The notes beneath the pieces are model-generated. The model searched no databases, was not told where the DNA came from, and was given only the letters and a program-made list of their open reading frames with translations. Positions 1-9,641 of a DNA stretch of 64,000 nt are shown piece by piece (within the stretch, counting starts at the first letter, position 1; every line of letters starts with the position of its first letter). Position numbers and translations under genes: made by a program. The DNA is from Planctomycetota bacterium (GTDB lineage: Bacteria > Planctomycetota > UBA8108 > SXIK01): positions 6,464,001 to 6,528,000 of the forward strand of contig OZ244999.1 in NCBI GenBank assembly GCA_965223265.1, written 5' to 3'.

Positions 1-698
1 GTCACTTCTTGCCACTGTGCGCACAGACGAGTCTTCACCCGAAACTTGAGGCGAGCCTTACCAGTCCGGACTCCCCCCTTGAAGCAGCGCAGGAGCCAGG
101 TGCCAGCGATCTGGTCCGATTGACGCGCCTCACCATCTGCCCCCGAGTCGAATCTGCGCTTGCCCTGCTGCGAAGTCAAATCGAGTCGCCAACGCTGAAA
201 GTCAATCGCTCCGAAGCGAGGCTCGGCTTGGACGTGAATCCAAAGTGAGCGAACGTCACCGTTGAGTCGCACAACCGGTGTCAGGCGGAATGCGCCTTCC
301 TCGACTGTCGCCCCGATTGGCATATAGGCGCCGAAACGGCGATCGCTCGCATCGGGCGCGGGAAGAGCGAGTCGGAGCATCTGGCCTCGATTGTCGGCAA
401 ACGTGTAGCCCGTCTCTTTCGAGATCACCTCGACCAGCGACCAGAAACTCCATGACTCCTGGGGCCGGAGCTTCACTTGCCGCGCCAACACTTCGTCGAC
501 GTCAGAAACCTTCCCGGAAAGCTTGATTCGATTTCCCGTTTGATTCTCGATCTGCTGCAGAAGCTCCCCGAACGTCAACTGCGTCGCGCTCAATCTCACC
601 CGCGAGCCATGTTTCAGCTCGTCCTGGAGCTCGCCGGGTGCTGCTGCGTGGGAATTCAACAAAAGCGTCGAGAGCAATACCATTGCCCCTAGGTGCAT
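1..698 (-). CDS. Hypothetical secreted protein, truncated at the window edge (possible STN/secretin-N0-like N-terminal domain)
   Basis: Not in the ORF track. AGGAGG precedes ATG at 698; the frame MHLGAMVLLSTLLLNSHAAA...VRLSATQLTFGELLQQIENQTG... stays open to the window edge; hydrophobic signal-like N-terminus. Confidence 0.7.
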   Translation of the reverse strand, partial: MHLGAMVLLSTLLLNSHAAAPGELQDELKHGSRVRLSATQLTFGELLQQIENQTGNRIKLSGKVSDVDEVLARQVKLRPQESWSFWSLVEVISKETGYTFADNRGQMLRLALPAPDASDRRFGAYMPIGATVEEGAFRLTPVVRLNGDVRSLWIHVQAEPRFGAIDFQRWRLDLTSQQGKRRFDSGADGEARQSDQIAGTWLLRCFKGGVRTGKARLKFRVKTRLCAQWQEV

Positions 699-707
699 CA
701 CAACCTC

Positions 708-2228
708 CTAAGAAGACGAAGAGTCGAGCGGTCTCTCCCGCTGCCAACGTGCAAACGCCCCTGCGCAACGGCTGACGTCGCGCCCAATCGATTCCTCATC
801 GAGAGTCACAACCGCCGCGCCGTCGTACAAGACCTTTCCGTCCACGACGGTCAGCTGAACATCGCGGCCGCTAGCGCAAAAGAGCATGCTGACGAGTGGG
901 TCGTAGACAGGTTCCTGCCGTACCCCGGAAAGGTCCAAGGCGATCAGATCAGCCCGTTTGCCGGGCTCGAGCGTACCGATCTCGTCGGCAAGCCCCAAGG
1001 CGCGGGCACCTCCTATTGTCGCCAGTTCCAAAAGACGAGGAGCATCCACGCGACGCGCGTGATGTGTGCCTGACGCCGTCAGCTCTCCTCCATGTTGACC
1101 CTCTTGCGCTCGCGCCAACAGGAAGGCAACGCGCGCCTCGTCGAAGAGGTCACAGCTGTTGTTGCTGACGGTGCCGTCCGTTCCAAGCGCGATCTCGACG
1201 CCGGCTGCGAGGAGCTGCGACAGCGGCGCGATTCCGTGGGCGAACTTTGCGTTCGACTTTGGGCAGTGGACGACTTTGGCGCCGCGCGACGCGATGAGTC
1301 CTACGTCACTGGCATCAACGTCGACCGCATGGACGAGTAGCGGGGCTGTCTCAAGAATTCCGCAATCTTCGAGAAGACGCACTGGAGAGACGCGACGCGC
1401 GGTCACCGGAATCTCTCGACGACGGTGATCGTCTGCGAATGGGCCCGCTCCGTCGCGCACGAACGCCCGCTCAGCCTGCGACTCCGCCACATGGATCGAA
1501 ACTGGAAGCGACATCGACGTCGCCAGCCGCGCCACGCGCGCGAAGAGCTCAGTGGATACCGTGTACGGCGCGTGAGGCGACACACCGACGCGCACACGGG
1601 AGCTCTGGCGCCGTAGCAGCGGATCGAGTCGCTCGGTGAGAGCCTCAAGGCTCCGCACGGCGTCACGTGGATGTGGACCGAAGACTTCCTGGAACGTCAC
1701 TCCACGTACACCAGACTCTTCGAGCGCCCCGAAGATCGCGGCGTGGTCTGACGCGTCACCCACCGTGGTGATGCCACTGCGAATCGCTTCGATCAGCCCC
1801 CAACGCGCAGCCGTCTCGAAGGTCTCGCTGGCCACCTCCGAATACTTGAGCGCCGTGAGATGGCGAATCCACGCAAAAAAACCACTCTCTTCACACAAGC
1901 CCCGAAATAGCGACAGGTCGAGGTGCGTGTGCGCGTTGACCAAACCAGGAAGAACCGCGCAGCCAGGAAGGTCGACCAACTCCGCGCCGCCGCTCGCCTG
2001 AGCCTGAGCCAAGACCTCAGCGCGTGGACCGACGCACTCGATCCGCGCCCCTGAGGTCAAGACGGCACCATTTTCGATGACCGGGCTCGAAACCGGCACG
2101 ACCCAGCGCGCGGCATACACCCGCTGGCTCGAAGACGATGACGAAGTGAGTCCACCGATCGTGGACGCGACGGTGTCGGTCTGGACCGGTTTCGGCGAAT
2201 GGTCAGACGATGGACGATCACTTGGCAT
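708..2228 (-). CDS. Metal-dependent amidohydrolase (MtaD/SAH deaminase- or aminodeoxyfutalosine deaminase-like)
   Basis: PGLVNAHTH, SPHAPYT, IHVAES, HCPKSN, ALGTD and GTLEPGKRADL motifs. Confidence 0.85.
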   Translation of the reverse strand: MPSDRPSSDHSPKPVQTDTVASTIGGLTSSSSSSQRVYAARWVVPVSSPVIENGAVLTSGARIECVGPRAEVLAQAQASGGAELVDLPGCAVLPGLVNAHTHLDLSLFRGLCEESGFFAWIRHLTALKYSEVASETFETAARWGLIEAIRSGITTVGDASDHAAIFGALEESGVRGVTFQEVFGPHPRDAVRSLEALTERLDPLLRRQSSRVRVGVSPHAPYTVSTELFARVARLATSMSLPVSIHVAESQAERAFVRDGAGPFADDHRRREIPVTARRVSPVRLLEDCGILETAPLLVHAVDVDASDVGLIASRGAKVVHCPKSNAKFAHGIAPLSQLLAAGVEIALGTDGTVSNNSCDLFDEARVAFLLARAQEGQHGGELTASGTHHARRVDAPRLLELATIGGARALGLADEIGTLEPGKRADLIALDLSGVRQEPVYDPLVSMLFCASGRDVQLTVVDGKVLYDGAAVVTLDEESIGRDVSRCAGAFARWQRERPLDSSSS

Positions 2229-2427
2229 CGCGGTTCACTCTCTCAACAACTTTGACGGTCTCTTCCGCGCTCAAACGAGAGGCCCACCCGCAGCGCAACG
2301 CACTCGAAACGCCTTCTGCCGTAGCCCTCGCTCCTCGAACACCCTCCCTCGCGAGCACCTTCGTGCGCACAAGCAGTCCGACTCGCGACCTCGCCCCGAC
2401 ACGCATCACCACAAACTCAACGCAGGT

Positions 2428-2477
2428 AAAAAAAAGCGGCCGCCACTCCTGGGTCAGAGAGAGTGGCGCACCGCTTT
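2428..2477 (-). terminator. Intrinsic terminator downstream of the sigma factor gene
   Basis: Minus strand AAAGCGGTGCGCCACTC...GAGTGGCGGCCGC followed by T8. Confidence 0.7.
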
Positions 2478-2583
2478 GAGGGGGTTGGGAGGGATGCTCG
2501 GCCCGGTGAAGGGCCGAGGGTTCGGGTCGATGGGATTCTGGTTTTGTTTTCTATCCCGAAAATGGCTCGCGCGCTCCGTCAGC

Positions 2584-3804
2584 TCAGTTGCGCGCCAACG
2601 CGGCGCCGGAACCATCGACAAGATCGAGTTCTTCGTAGACTTCTACCAGGTCGTTATCGTGCTTCATGTGCTCGAGCGCCTCGCGCTCGATCTGCCGGAT
2701 CCTCTCGCGCGAAAGATTGAGGTGAGTGCCTATTTCCTCTAGGGTCTGCGGGCGTTCACCGCCGAGCCCAAAGCGCCGCTGCAGTACGTCGCGCTCGCGC
2801 GTGCTCAGCGACTCCAGCGCTTCGGCCACGGCTTTTGGGACACGCCCGATGTGGAGCCCGCGGCTACCAGCCGCCTGGGGTGACACGTCCTTGACGTCGA
2901 ACGAAAAGCGGTCATCGCTATCATCGGAATCGCCGGCAGAGAAGAGGACGGTCTCGGTCAAGATCCGTCGCACGCGATCGGCTTCGTTCTCGGCGAGTCG
3001 ACAAGTTTTCTTTCGCAGCTCCTCTTGCACCGCCTGGGGCACACGGATGACTCGCGACTTGTCGATCAGAGCCTTGCGAATCGACTGCCGAATCCAATAC
3101 GTGGCGTAGGTCGAAAACCGAATGCCGCGCGTCGGATCGTAGCGGAAGACGGCTTTGTGCAGCCCGATGATCCCCTCTTGGAAGAGATCGCTGCGGCGCA
3201 TTCCGGTCGGGTGGTAACGGAAGACTTCCTTCATGACGAGGCGGAGGTTCGGCAAAACCATGCGATCACGATCGTTCGCGAGGATCTCCAGGGCACGCCC
3301 CAGCACCCGATGCAGTCGCGGGAATTCAGCCAGCTGGCCCATGGCGCCAGGCTTCTGATCACTCTCAAAGACTTCTCGGGACCACTGCAGCAGCGTCTCA
3401 GGGTCGAGGTTGTAGGTCTCGAGCACTTTGACGCCGCGCCGATAGGCCTGGCGCGCCTTCTTTTCATCACCGTTTTCGACCCAGCGCTCAGCCCGCTCGA
3501 GCGCTCGCGTAGCCTTGCCAAAGTCGGCCTCGATCCGATCCTTGAACGACAGCCAAGTGTACATGAGGGAACCACCGCTGGTCACCTCGCTCATACGCGC
3601 GAGGAGACGCCTGTAGCCGACGGGGTGGCGCGGCAGGAGTGTGCGCAGGCGCCGGAGAGATTGACGCACCTTGGAGCCGAGAAAGATCTCTTCCTCACGG
3701 GTCAACAGTGGGCGCACCGGCACCTCAAGATCCATCAGCGAAAGTGGCCTTGGAGAGGCAGCCGCTGCAGGAGCTTTCAGCTTTGATTGTTTGGGAGTTT
3801 TCAT
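2584..3804 (-). CDS. RpoD/RpoS-family sigma-70 factor (alternative sigma)
   Basis: Region 1.2 LLTREEE, region 2 NLRLV...DLFQEGIIGL...FSTYATYWIRQSI, region 4 TLEEIG...SRERIRQIE; start moved to ATG 3804 after GGAAAGG. Confidence 0.9.
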   Translation of the reverse strand: MKTPKQSKLKAPAAAASPRPLSLMDLEVPVRPLLTREEEIFLGSKVRQSLRRLRTLLPRHPVGYRRLLARMSEVTSGGSLMYTWLSFKDRIEADFGKATRALERAERWVENGDEKKARQAYRRGVKVLETYNLDPETLLQWSREVFESDQKPGAMGQLAEFPRLHRVLGRALEILANDRDRMVLPNLRLVMKEVFRYHPTGMRRSDLFQEGIIGLHKAVFRYDPTRGIRFSTYATYWIRQSIRKALIDKSRVIRVPQAVQEELRKKTCRLAENEADRVRRILTETVLFSAGDSDDSDDRFSFDVKDVSPQAAGSRGLHIGRVPKAVAEALESLSTRERDVLQRRFGLGGERPQTLEEIGTHLNLSRERIRQIEREALEHMKHDNDLVEVYEELDLVDGSGAALARN

Positions 3805-4320
3805 TGAAAGCGACCTTTCCTGATACTTGCTTCCCCCGACAAACCTCGACTTAGAAGTACCGGCGAGTCGGACGATTCGTAAAAAGGGGGAGCTCTTGTG
3901 CAGGGTCGAGCACCAAAAGTCACGCGGGCCTTTGCCGCCGGCAAAGGAGACGGTCCCGAGTGGCTCTTGACTCTTCTCAACACTTTTGACGCGCAAAGAG
4001 TGTTCCTGTTGCAAAAAAAAGCCGGGAAAACTTTGCCGTCGCCCGACCGACGCCGAGAGACTCCCGTAAAGATTTAATTCAACGGGACTTACAAAACCGA
4101 CAAAGAATCCGCTCAGCAACTCACGGAAGCGCCGCACAGTGGCGGTGGTGACTTGTCAGGTGTTTGCGGATCAAACAGCGCTCGACGAGCCCGTTCTGCC
4201 GCAACGCAAAACGCTCTCCGGTTCACGTCGAACTCTCGTGAAAGTGTCTCCCTTCTTCCGACGACGCGCGCCGAGCCCGGTATGACTCGCGACACCGCAC
4301 TGGGAACACGGAGGGACGCG

Positions 4321-4355
4321 ACTCTGTAACGACACTCTGTAACGACTCTGTAACG
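4321..4355 (+). repeat. Three direct copies of ACTCTGTAACG
   Basis: Copies at 4321, 4334 and 4345; a fourth core CTGTAACG at 4371. Confidence 0.85.
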
Positions 4356-4371
4356 GAACTCGGTCCCGGGC

Positions 4372-4399
4372 TGTAACGCGCGGCGCTGGAGAACGTCTA
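4372..4399 (+). promoter_or_regulatory. Candidate ECF-sigma promoter TGTAAC-N16-CGTCTA
   Basis: Matches the general ECF AAC...CGT pattern with a 16-nt spacer, 10 nt before ATG 4410. Confidence 0.5.
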
Positions 4400-4409
4400 T
4401 GACCGTGTC

Positions 4410-4628
4410 ATGAAGAACCACACCATCAACACTGTGATCGCAGGCATCGTGGGTGCGATCTCTTCTCGTTTCATCTTCGGCCTGCTGGGCTGGGGCGGAG
4501 GAAGCCTGTTCGGTATGGTCGCCGGGGTCGCACTCTACCGCCTCGGAAGCCGAGCGTCCGCACGGTCGATGTCGAGGCCGGGCGACGCATCGCGGCCCGT
4601 TCCGCGCCGCGCCGCCTCACACCGCTAA
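4410..4628 (+). CDS. Small Gly-rich membrane protein (GlsB/YeaQ-like glycine zipper)
   Basis: 72 aa with two hydrophobic Gly-rich segments (IAGIVGAI, LFGMVAGVAL); fills an intergenic gap behind a promoter-like motif. Confidence 0.6.
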   Translation: MKNHTINTVIAGIVGAISSRFIFGLLGWGGGSLFGMVAGVALYRLGSRASARSMSRPGDASRPVPRRAASHR

Positions 4629-4779
4629 CAGCCCGCATTCCTCACAAGTTCCTCGTCGCTCAACCGCAAACGAACCACCGTCGTTCACACGGATTCACGG
4701 GTTCGTTGTGTGCCGCTCTTGCGAGAGCCTGCGACGCGCCGCGTGCCCCGCGCCCCTGCGGCAGCTGGTCGAGGCAACG

Positions 4780-6933
4780 TCAATACGCCACAAGCTCACG
4801 GAGCGCCGCCTCGATCTGACGCTCACCCGGTAGCATCTTCTCCTCGAGCACGGGCGCATACGGAACTGGGAGATTCAAGGCGCCGACGCGCCGCACCGGT
4901 GCGTCGAGGTGGCCGAACAGGTCGTCGCCAATGCGCGCCGCGATCTCGGCGCCGAAACCATGCTCCAGCGGTTCTTCCGTGACGACGAGCGCCCGGTGAG
5001 TGGCGCGGACCGACTCAGAGACAGCGTCCCAGTCGTAGGGCACGAGGCAGCGCAGATCGATGATCTCGACCTCGACACCGCCGGCACTCAGGGCGTCGGC
5101 CGTCTGCCGACACTTCTCCACCATGGCCCCGTACGTGATGACCGTGACATCCGTACCGCGACGGACCCTCCTGGCCTTGCCAAGCGGAATCACATAGTCC
5201 GGGCCAGGATACGGCGATCGCGCATACGGCTGGCGATAGAGGTGCTTGTGCTCAAGAAAAAGCGTTGGATCGCCGCAGCGCAGCGCCGCCCGGAGTAAGC
5301 CGGCAGCATCCTGGGCATTCGAAGGAAAGATGACACGAAGGCCGGGACAACTGCAAAAGATAGACTCAGCGGACTGACTGTGGTACATGCCGCCGCCGCG
5401 AAGATATCCGCCAATCGGCACACGCAAGACAACAGGAGCGGAAAAGTTGTTGAACGAACGCCAACGCAAGACGGCCAGCTCGTTACGAATCTGGTGCATG
5501 GCCGGCCAGATATAATCGAAGAACTGGATCTCGGCGATCGGCAGCAGACCACGGGCGGCGAGACCGAGCGCCCGGCCAACGATGGCAGCCTCGGCGATCG
5601 GGGTGTTGAAGACGCGCTCGGGGCCAAACTCGCGCTGGAGTCCTTGCGTCAGGCGAAACACGCCGCCCTTTCCGTCTAAGCTCCCGGCGAGGTGAGCGCG
5701 CGAAACGTCGGCGACATCCTCACCGAAAACGAGGATCCGATCGTCGCGACGCATCTCCAGCGCCATCGTCTCGCGAATCGACTCGAGGAGCGTGACCGAC
5801 TTACCGTCCGGTTCGGGCGGAGTTTCTTGCGCGCATGCGGCGACGGGCGAAAAGAGGAACCTCTCGACGCTTGTTGCGTCGGCCTCGGGCTCGTTCTCAA
5901 TCAGCTGCACTGCACGGTCCACTTCCGCCGTGATCTCGAGCTTGAGGTGCCGCAACTCGGCCTCGGTGATATGGCCGCGATCGAGAAGCAAGCTCTCGAG
6001 CTTCGTGAGAGGGTCGCGGCGGCGCATGTCGCGACGCTCGTCCGCCGGCCGATAGCTCGCGTCGTTGTCCGCGTCGGAGTGCGGGGTCAGCCGCTCGACG
6101 TGGGCATGGACCAACGCCGGGCCGCGACCGGAACGCACATGGCGCACGGCCTCGCCCAGGCCGCGGTAACTCGCGACCACGTCGGTACCGTCGAATTCCT
6201 GAATGAGAAGTCCAGGAAAGCCGCGAAAAAGCTGCGAGATGTTGGCGCCCGGGGTCTGATACTCGACCGGCACCGAAATCGCGTAGCCGTTGTCCTCGAT
6301 CAAGAATACGACGGGAAGCCTCTTCAAACACGCCGCAGAGATGGCCTCGTAAAACTCCCCCTCACTCGTGGCGCCGTCGCCACCACAGGTGAGCACGATC
6401 TCGTCGGGTTCGACTCGCGCTGCGTCCACAGCATCGACGTGTGACGGCGTCACGCCGGTGCGGCGCGCGTAGGCGATCCCTTCGGCGGTGCCGACTGCGT
6501 GGAGGAATTGGCTCCCCGTCGCACTCGACTGATTGACGATACGCAGCGCGGGGGTGCCGAAATGACACGGCATCTCTCGCCCGCCGCTGGTTCCGTCCGT
6601 CACTTTGGCGAACGCTTGCCGCAGCTGGTCGACGACGGAGACGCCAAGACCGAGACTAAGACAACGGTCTCGATAGTAGAGGTAAAACCAATCGTACCCT
6701 GGTCGAAAGAGCTGCGCGGCCGTGGCTTGAATCAGCTCATGTCCCGCACTGCTAATGTAGAAGTAGGTACGCCCTTGCTTGCGAAGTCTGGCCTCAGCGT
6801 CGTCAAGCGAACGCGAAAGGACAACCAGACGAAGGATCTCTACCAGGGTCGCACTGTCCGGTGCCTCGTAGGTCGGGGCAGCAACCCCAGTCGCTTGGCG
6901 GCCGCCCGTGTCGCCCTCTCGTAGATTGGCCAT
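4780..6933 (-). CDS. 2-oxoacid (probably branched-chain) dehydrogenase E1, fused alpha+beta subunits
   Basis: TPP motif GDGATSEG...EDNGYAIS, PHSDAD; beta-subunit motifs FGEDV, FNTPIAE, EIQFFDY; RBS GGAGAGG. Confidence 0.9.
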   Translation of the reverse strand: MANLREGDTGGRQATGVAAPTYEAPDSATLVEILRLVVLSRSLDDAEARLRKQGRTYFYISSAGHELIQATAAQLFRPGYDWFYLYYRDRCLSLGLGVSVVDQLRQAFAKVTDGTSGGREMPCHFGTPALRIVNQSSATGSQFLHAVGTAEGIAYARRTGVTPSHVDAVDAARVEPDEIVLTCGGDGATSEGEFYEAISAACLKRLPVVFLIEDNGYAISVPVEYQTPGANISQLFRGFPGLLIQEFDGTDVVASYRGLGEAVRHVRSGRGPALVHAHVERLTPHSDADNDASYRPADERRDMRRRDPLTKLESLLLDRGHITEAELRHLKLEITAEVDRAVQLIENEPEADATSVERFLFSPVAACAQETPPEPDGKSVTLLESIRETMALEMRRDDRILVFGEDVADVSRAHLAGSLDGKGGVFRLTQGLQREFGPERVFNTPIAEAAIVGRALGLAARGLLPIAEIQFFDYIWPAMHQIRNELAVLRWRSFNNFSAPVVLRVPIGGYLRGGGMYHSQSAESIFCSCPGLRVIFPSNAQDAAGLLRAALRCGDPTLFLEHKHLYRQPYARSPYPGPDYVIPLGKARRVRRGTDVTVITYGAMVEKCRQTADALSAGGVEVEIIDLRCLVPYDWDAVSESVRATHRALVVTEEPLEHGFGAEIAARIGDDLFGHLDAPVRRVGALNLPVPYAPVLEEKMLPGERQIEAALRELVAY

Positions 6934-7109
6934 GGTCCTCTCCCCTTCGATTCACTTCTCTTCCGTGGAGCGGTGGAGACGTGGCGATCCCCCGCTCTCA
7001 TCACGAACGGTGTTGACGCGCGCCACAGGTTCCTCGCGGAGGCGGTCTTGTGAAAAGGAAGCTCGACACACCACTGGGTAGGCTAACGCCATCACCGGAG
7101 CGGGTCGAC

Positions 7110-8060
7110 TCACGATTCGCTGTCGTGCCCCCAAAGGCCCGTACTAAAGTAACGCTCGCCGAAGTCGTTGAAAACCGTTACTACGACGCCGCGATCGATT
7201 CTCTCCAGAACGGACTCCACTCCTTTAAGGTACCCCCCAGACGACTGACCTACAAAAAAACCTTGTTTGGCGAGCTGCTGACAATAGTCGTAGGCGTCGT
7301 CGATACGGACCTCGACGCGGTGGTCGATCACAGATTCGTCGAGGATTTCCGGAACAATGTCCTCGGGATGGCCGAGCGGCTTGAGCCCCTCGATGCCCGG
7401 GAAAAGATCGGGGACGATGCAGGTAACCTCAATCCCCGGAACTTCTTGCTTCAAGCGCCGGCCCACGCCAGTCACCGTGCCACCCGTGCCAACGCCGGCG
7501 ACGAAATGGGTCACCCGCCCGCCGGTTTGGTCGAGAATCTCCTGCGCCGTACTGTGGTAATGCGCCTGCCAATTGTTCTCGTTGGCATACTGATCGCAGA
7601 AGAAAAACCTCTCGGGTTCGGCCTCCGCCTGGCGCCGCACCTCGCGCAGCGCTTCGTCGTAGCCTTCAACGGGATCGGTATAGAAGATGTCGGCTCCGTG
7701 CGCCACCAAACGTTTCTTACGCTCCGCGGATGCGTTTCCTGGAATGACGATGCGAACGTCATAGCCAAGCGCGCCGCCGATCATAGCGTAGGCGATCCCA
7801 GCGTTACCCGAAGAGGAATCCAGCACGGTCATCCCAGGCTTCAGCCGGCCGTCTAGGATCGCCTTCATGAGCATCCATGACACCGGTCGATCCTTGATCG
7901 ACCCCCCTGGATTGAAGTACTCAAGCTTGGCGTAGATCTCCACACCGGGCTTCTTCAGGCCCTCGAGTTCGACACGAACGCAGGGCGTTTGACCGATCGC
8001 GGAGAGCACCGGATAGCGCTCAAGGAAAGTCTGAAACTCAGACGGAAGGTAAGGATTCAA
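7110..8060 (-). CDS. cysM: PLP-dependent cysteine synthase (CysM / O-phosphoserine sulfhydrylase-like)
   Basis: KLEYFNPGGSIKDR, SSGNAG, GVGTGGT, GERYFST; next to a sulfur carrier and a MoeZ-like gene. Confidence 0.8.
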   Translation of the reverse strand: MNPYLPSEFQTFLERYPVLSAIGQTPCVRVELEGLKKPGVEIYAKLEYFNPGGSIKDRPVSWMLMKAILDGRLKPGMTVLDSSSGNAGIAYAMIGGALGYDVRIVIPGNASAERKKRLVAHGADIFYTDPVEGYDEALREVRRQAEAEPERFFFCDQYANENNWQAHYHSTAQEILDQTGGRVTHFVAGVGTGGTVTGVGRRLKQEVPGIEVTCIVPDLFPGIEGLKPLGHPEDIVPEILDESVIDHRVEVRIDDAYDYCQQLAKQGFFVGQSSGGYLKGVESVLERIDRGVVVTVFNDFGERYFSTGLWGHDSES

Positions 8061-8069
8061 GGGCCTTCG

Positions 8070-9230
8070 TCAAGTGCTGCAAAAGTGGCCGTAGTCGATG
8101 TAGCCAGGGAATTCATCCTGGCTGCAGTAGTGGCATTTCGGATCCCGCTTGACTCGGAGCTCGCGGAACCTCACTTCTAGAGCGTCGTACATCAAAAGGC
8201 GCCCTACAAGCAAGTCGCCTTGGCCAAGAATGACCTTGATCGTCTCGATCGCCTCGAGCACGCCCACGACACCCGGAAGCACTCCGAGCACTCCAGCTTC
8301 AGCACAAGAGGGCGCCATCTCCGGCGGCGGCGGCTCGGGATACAGGCACCGATAGCACGGGCCGCGACCCGGCCAAAACACCGTCACCTGCCCCTCGAAA
8401 CGGTAGATACTCCCGTGCACGTTCGGTTTGCGGTGTTTGACACAACCGTCGTTGACCAAATAGCGCGTCGGGAAGTTGTCGCAACCATCGAGAATCACGT
8501 CGTAGTCGCTGAAGAGTCGGTCGACGTTCTCGCTTGTGAGACGCTCCTCGTAGGTCACCACCTCGATGTCGGGATTCATCGCCTCGAGAGTCTCCCTTGC
8601 CGAGTCGGTCTTGAGCATGCCCACGCGAGCGTCGGTGTGCAGAATTTGTCGTTGGAGATTCGTTCGATCGACGACGTCGTAGTCGACGATCCCGACCGTT
8701 CCAATGCCGGCAGCGGCCAAGTAATAGGCAGCGGGAGAACCCAGCCCGCCGGCCCCGATGCAGAGCACCTTGGCTTTCTTGAGCTTGATCTGTCCAGCTT
8801 CACCCACTTCGTCGATCGTCAGATGGCGCGCGTAACGCTCGCGCTCGCGCTCGCTCAGCACCTCGGGAACGTGGAACGCGTGCCCGTTCTGCTTCCAGCG
8901 GGTGAAACCGCCGCTCATCGAGATGACATCGGTGTACCCCATCTTCTGCAGCGTGTCCGCTGCAAAGAGCGATCGCACGCCGCCAGCACAGTAAGCGACG
9001 ATCTTCCGCTCCTTCGCATTCAACCTGGACTCCGCTTGCAGCTCCAAAAAACCGCGCGGCAGGTGAATCGCTCCAGGGAGATGGCCCTGGCGGTACTCAT
9101 CGCCTTCGCGCACATCGACGACGACGACATCTTCCGAACCGTTCCCTTGGATCAGCTTCTCAACGTCCTCAGGAGACGCCTCGGGAATGCGGGTTCGCAA
9201 TTCGCTGAGCCATTGGTCCTTCATGGACAC
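8070..9230 (-). CDS. moeB: Rhodanese-MoeB/ThiF fusion (MoeZ-like adenylyltransferase/sulfurtransferase)
   Basis: N-terminal rhodanese (DVRE, GHLPGA, YCAGGVRS); RYARH, GAGGLG, NLQRQ, CYRC and CHYC zinc motifs. Confidence 0.88.
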   Translation of the reverse strand: MSMKDQWLSELRTRIPEASPEDVEKLIQGNGSEDVVVVDVREGDEYRQGHLPGAIHLPRGFLELQAESRLNAKERKIVAYCAGGVRSLFAADTLQKMGYTDVISMSGGFTRWKQNGHAFHVPEVLSERERERYARHLTIDEVGEAGQIKLKKAKVLCIGAGGLGSPAAYYLAAAGIGTVGIVDYDVVDRTNLQRQILHTDARVGMLKTDSARETLEAMNPDIEVVTYEERLTSENVDRLFSDYDVILDGCDNFPTRYLVNDGCVKHRKPNVHGSIYRFEGQVTVFWPGRGPCYRCLYPEPPPPEMAPSCAEAGVLGVLPGVVGVLEAIETIKVILGQGDLLVGRLLMYDALEVRFRELRVKRDPKCHYCSQDEFPGYIDYGHFCST

Positions 9231-9347
9231 GGTGGTGGTCCTCCTTGTCTGAGGCCCCGCTCTTGGGGTTTTCGTGGACTAGATTTGGATTCTTGACGAC
9301 TTCGAGCGACGGGCCGCGCCACAACATGTCAGCGCAGCAGATGTGTC

Positions 9348-9641
9348 TCACCCGGCAGCACAATCGGAGCACCCCCCAGCGATCGCCGGAACAATGCTCA
9401 GCTCGTCGCCATCGTTGATCGCCGTCTCAGGTCCTTGGAGGTGGCGAATGTCTTCGCCGTTGACGAAAACGTTGATGAAACGACGCACTTCGCCGCTGTC
9501 GTCAAAGATCTTTTCCTTGATGCCGCTGCAGGACGATTCCAGTTGGTCGAACGCTTCACGAACGTTCGCACCTTCAACCGTCACCTCTGCCTGACCGTTA
9601 GCATACTTTCGTAGCGGGGTGGGGATTCGAACAGTAGCCAT
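9348..9641 (-). CDS. MoaD/ThiS/CysO ubiquitin-like sulfur carrier with a C-terminal extension
   Basis: VRIPTPLR...RRFINVFVNGEDIR...IVPAIAGG followed by CSDCAAG; start ATG 9641. Confidence 0.9.
   Translation of the reverse strand: MATVRIPTPLRKYANGQAEVTVEGANVREAFDQLESSCSGIKEKIFDDSGEVRRFINVFVNGEDIRHLQGPETAINDGDELSIVPAIAGGCSDCAAG

Noticed and set aside
2218-2412. 64-aa ORF between the sigma terminator and the amidohydrolase
   Set aside because: No RBS or recognisable motif; more likely the promoter region of the amidohydrolase gene
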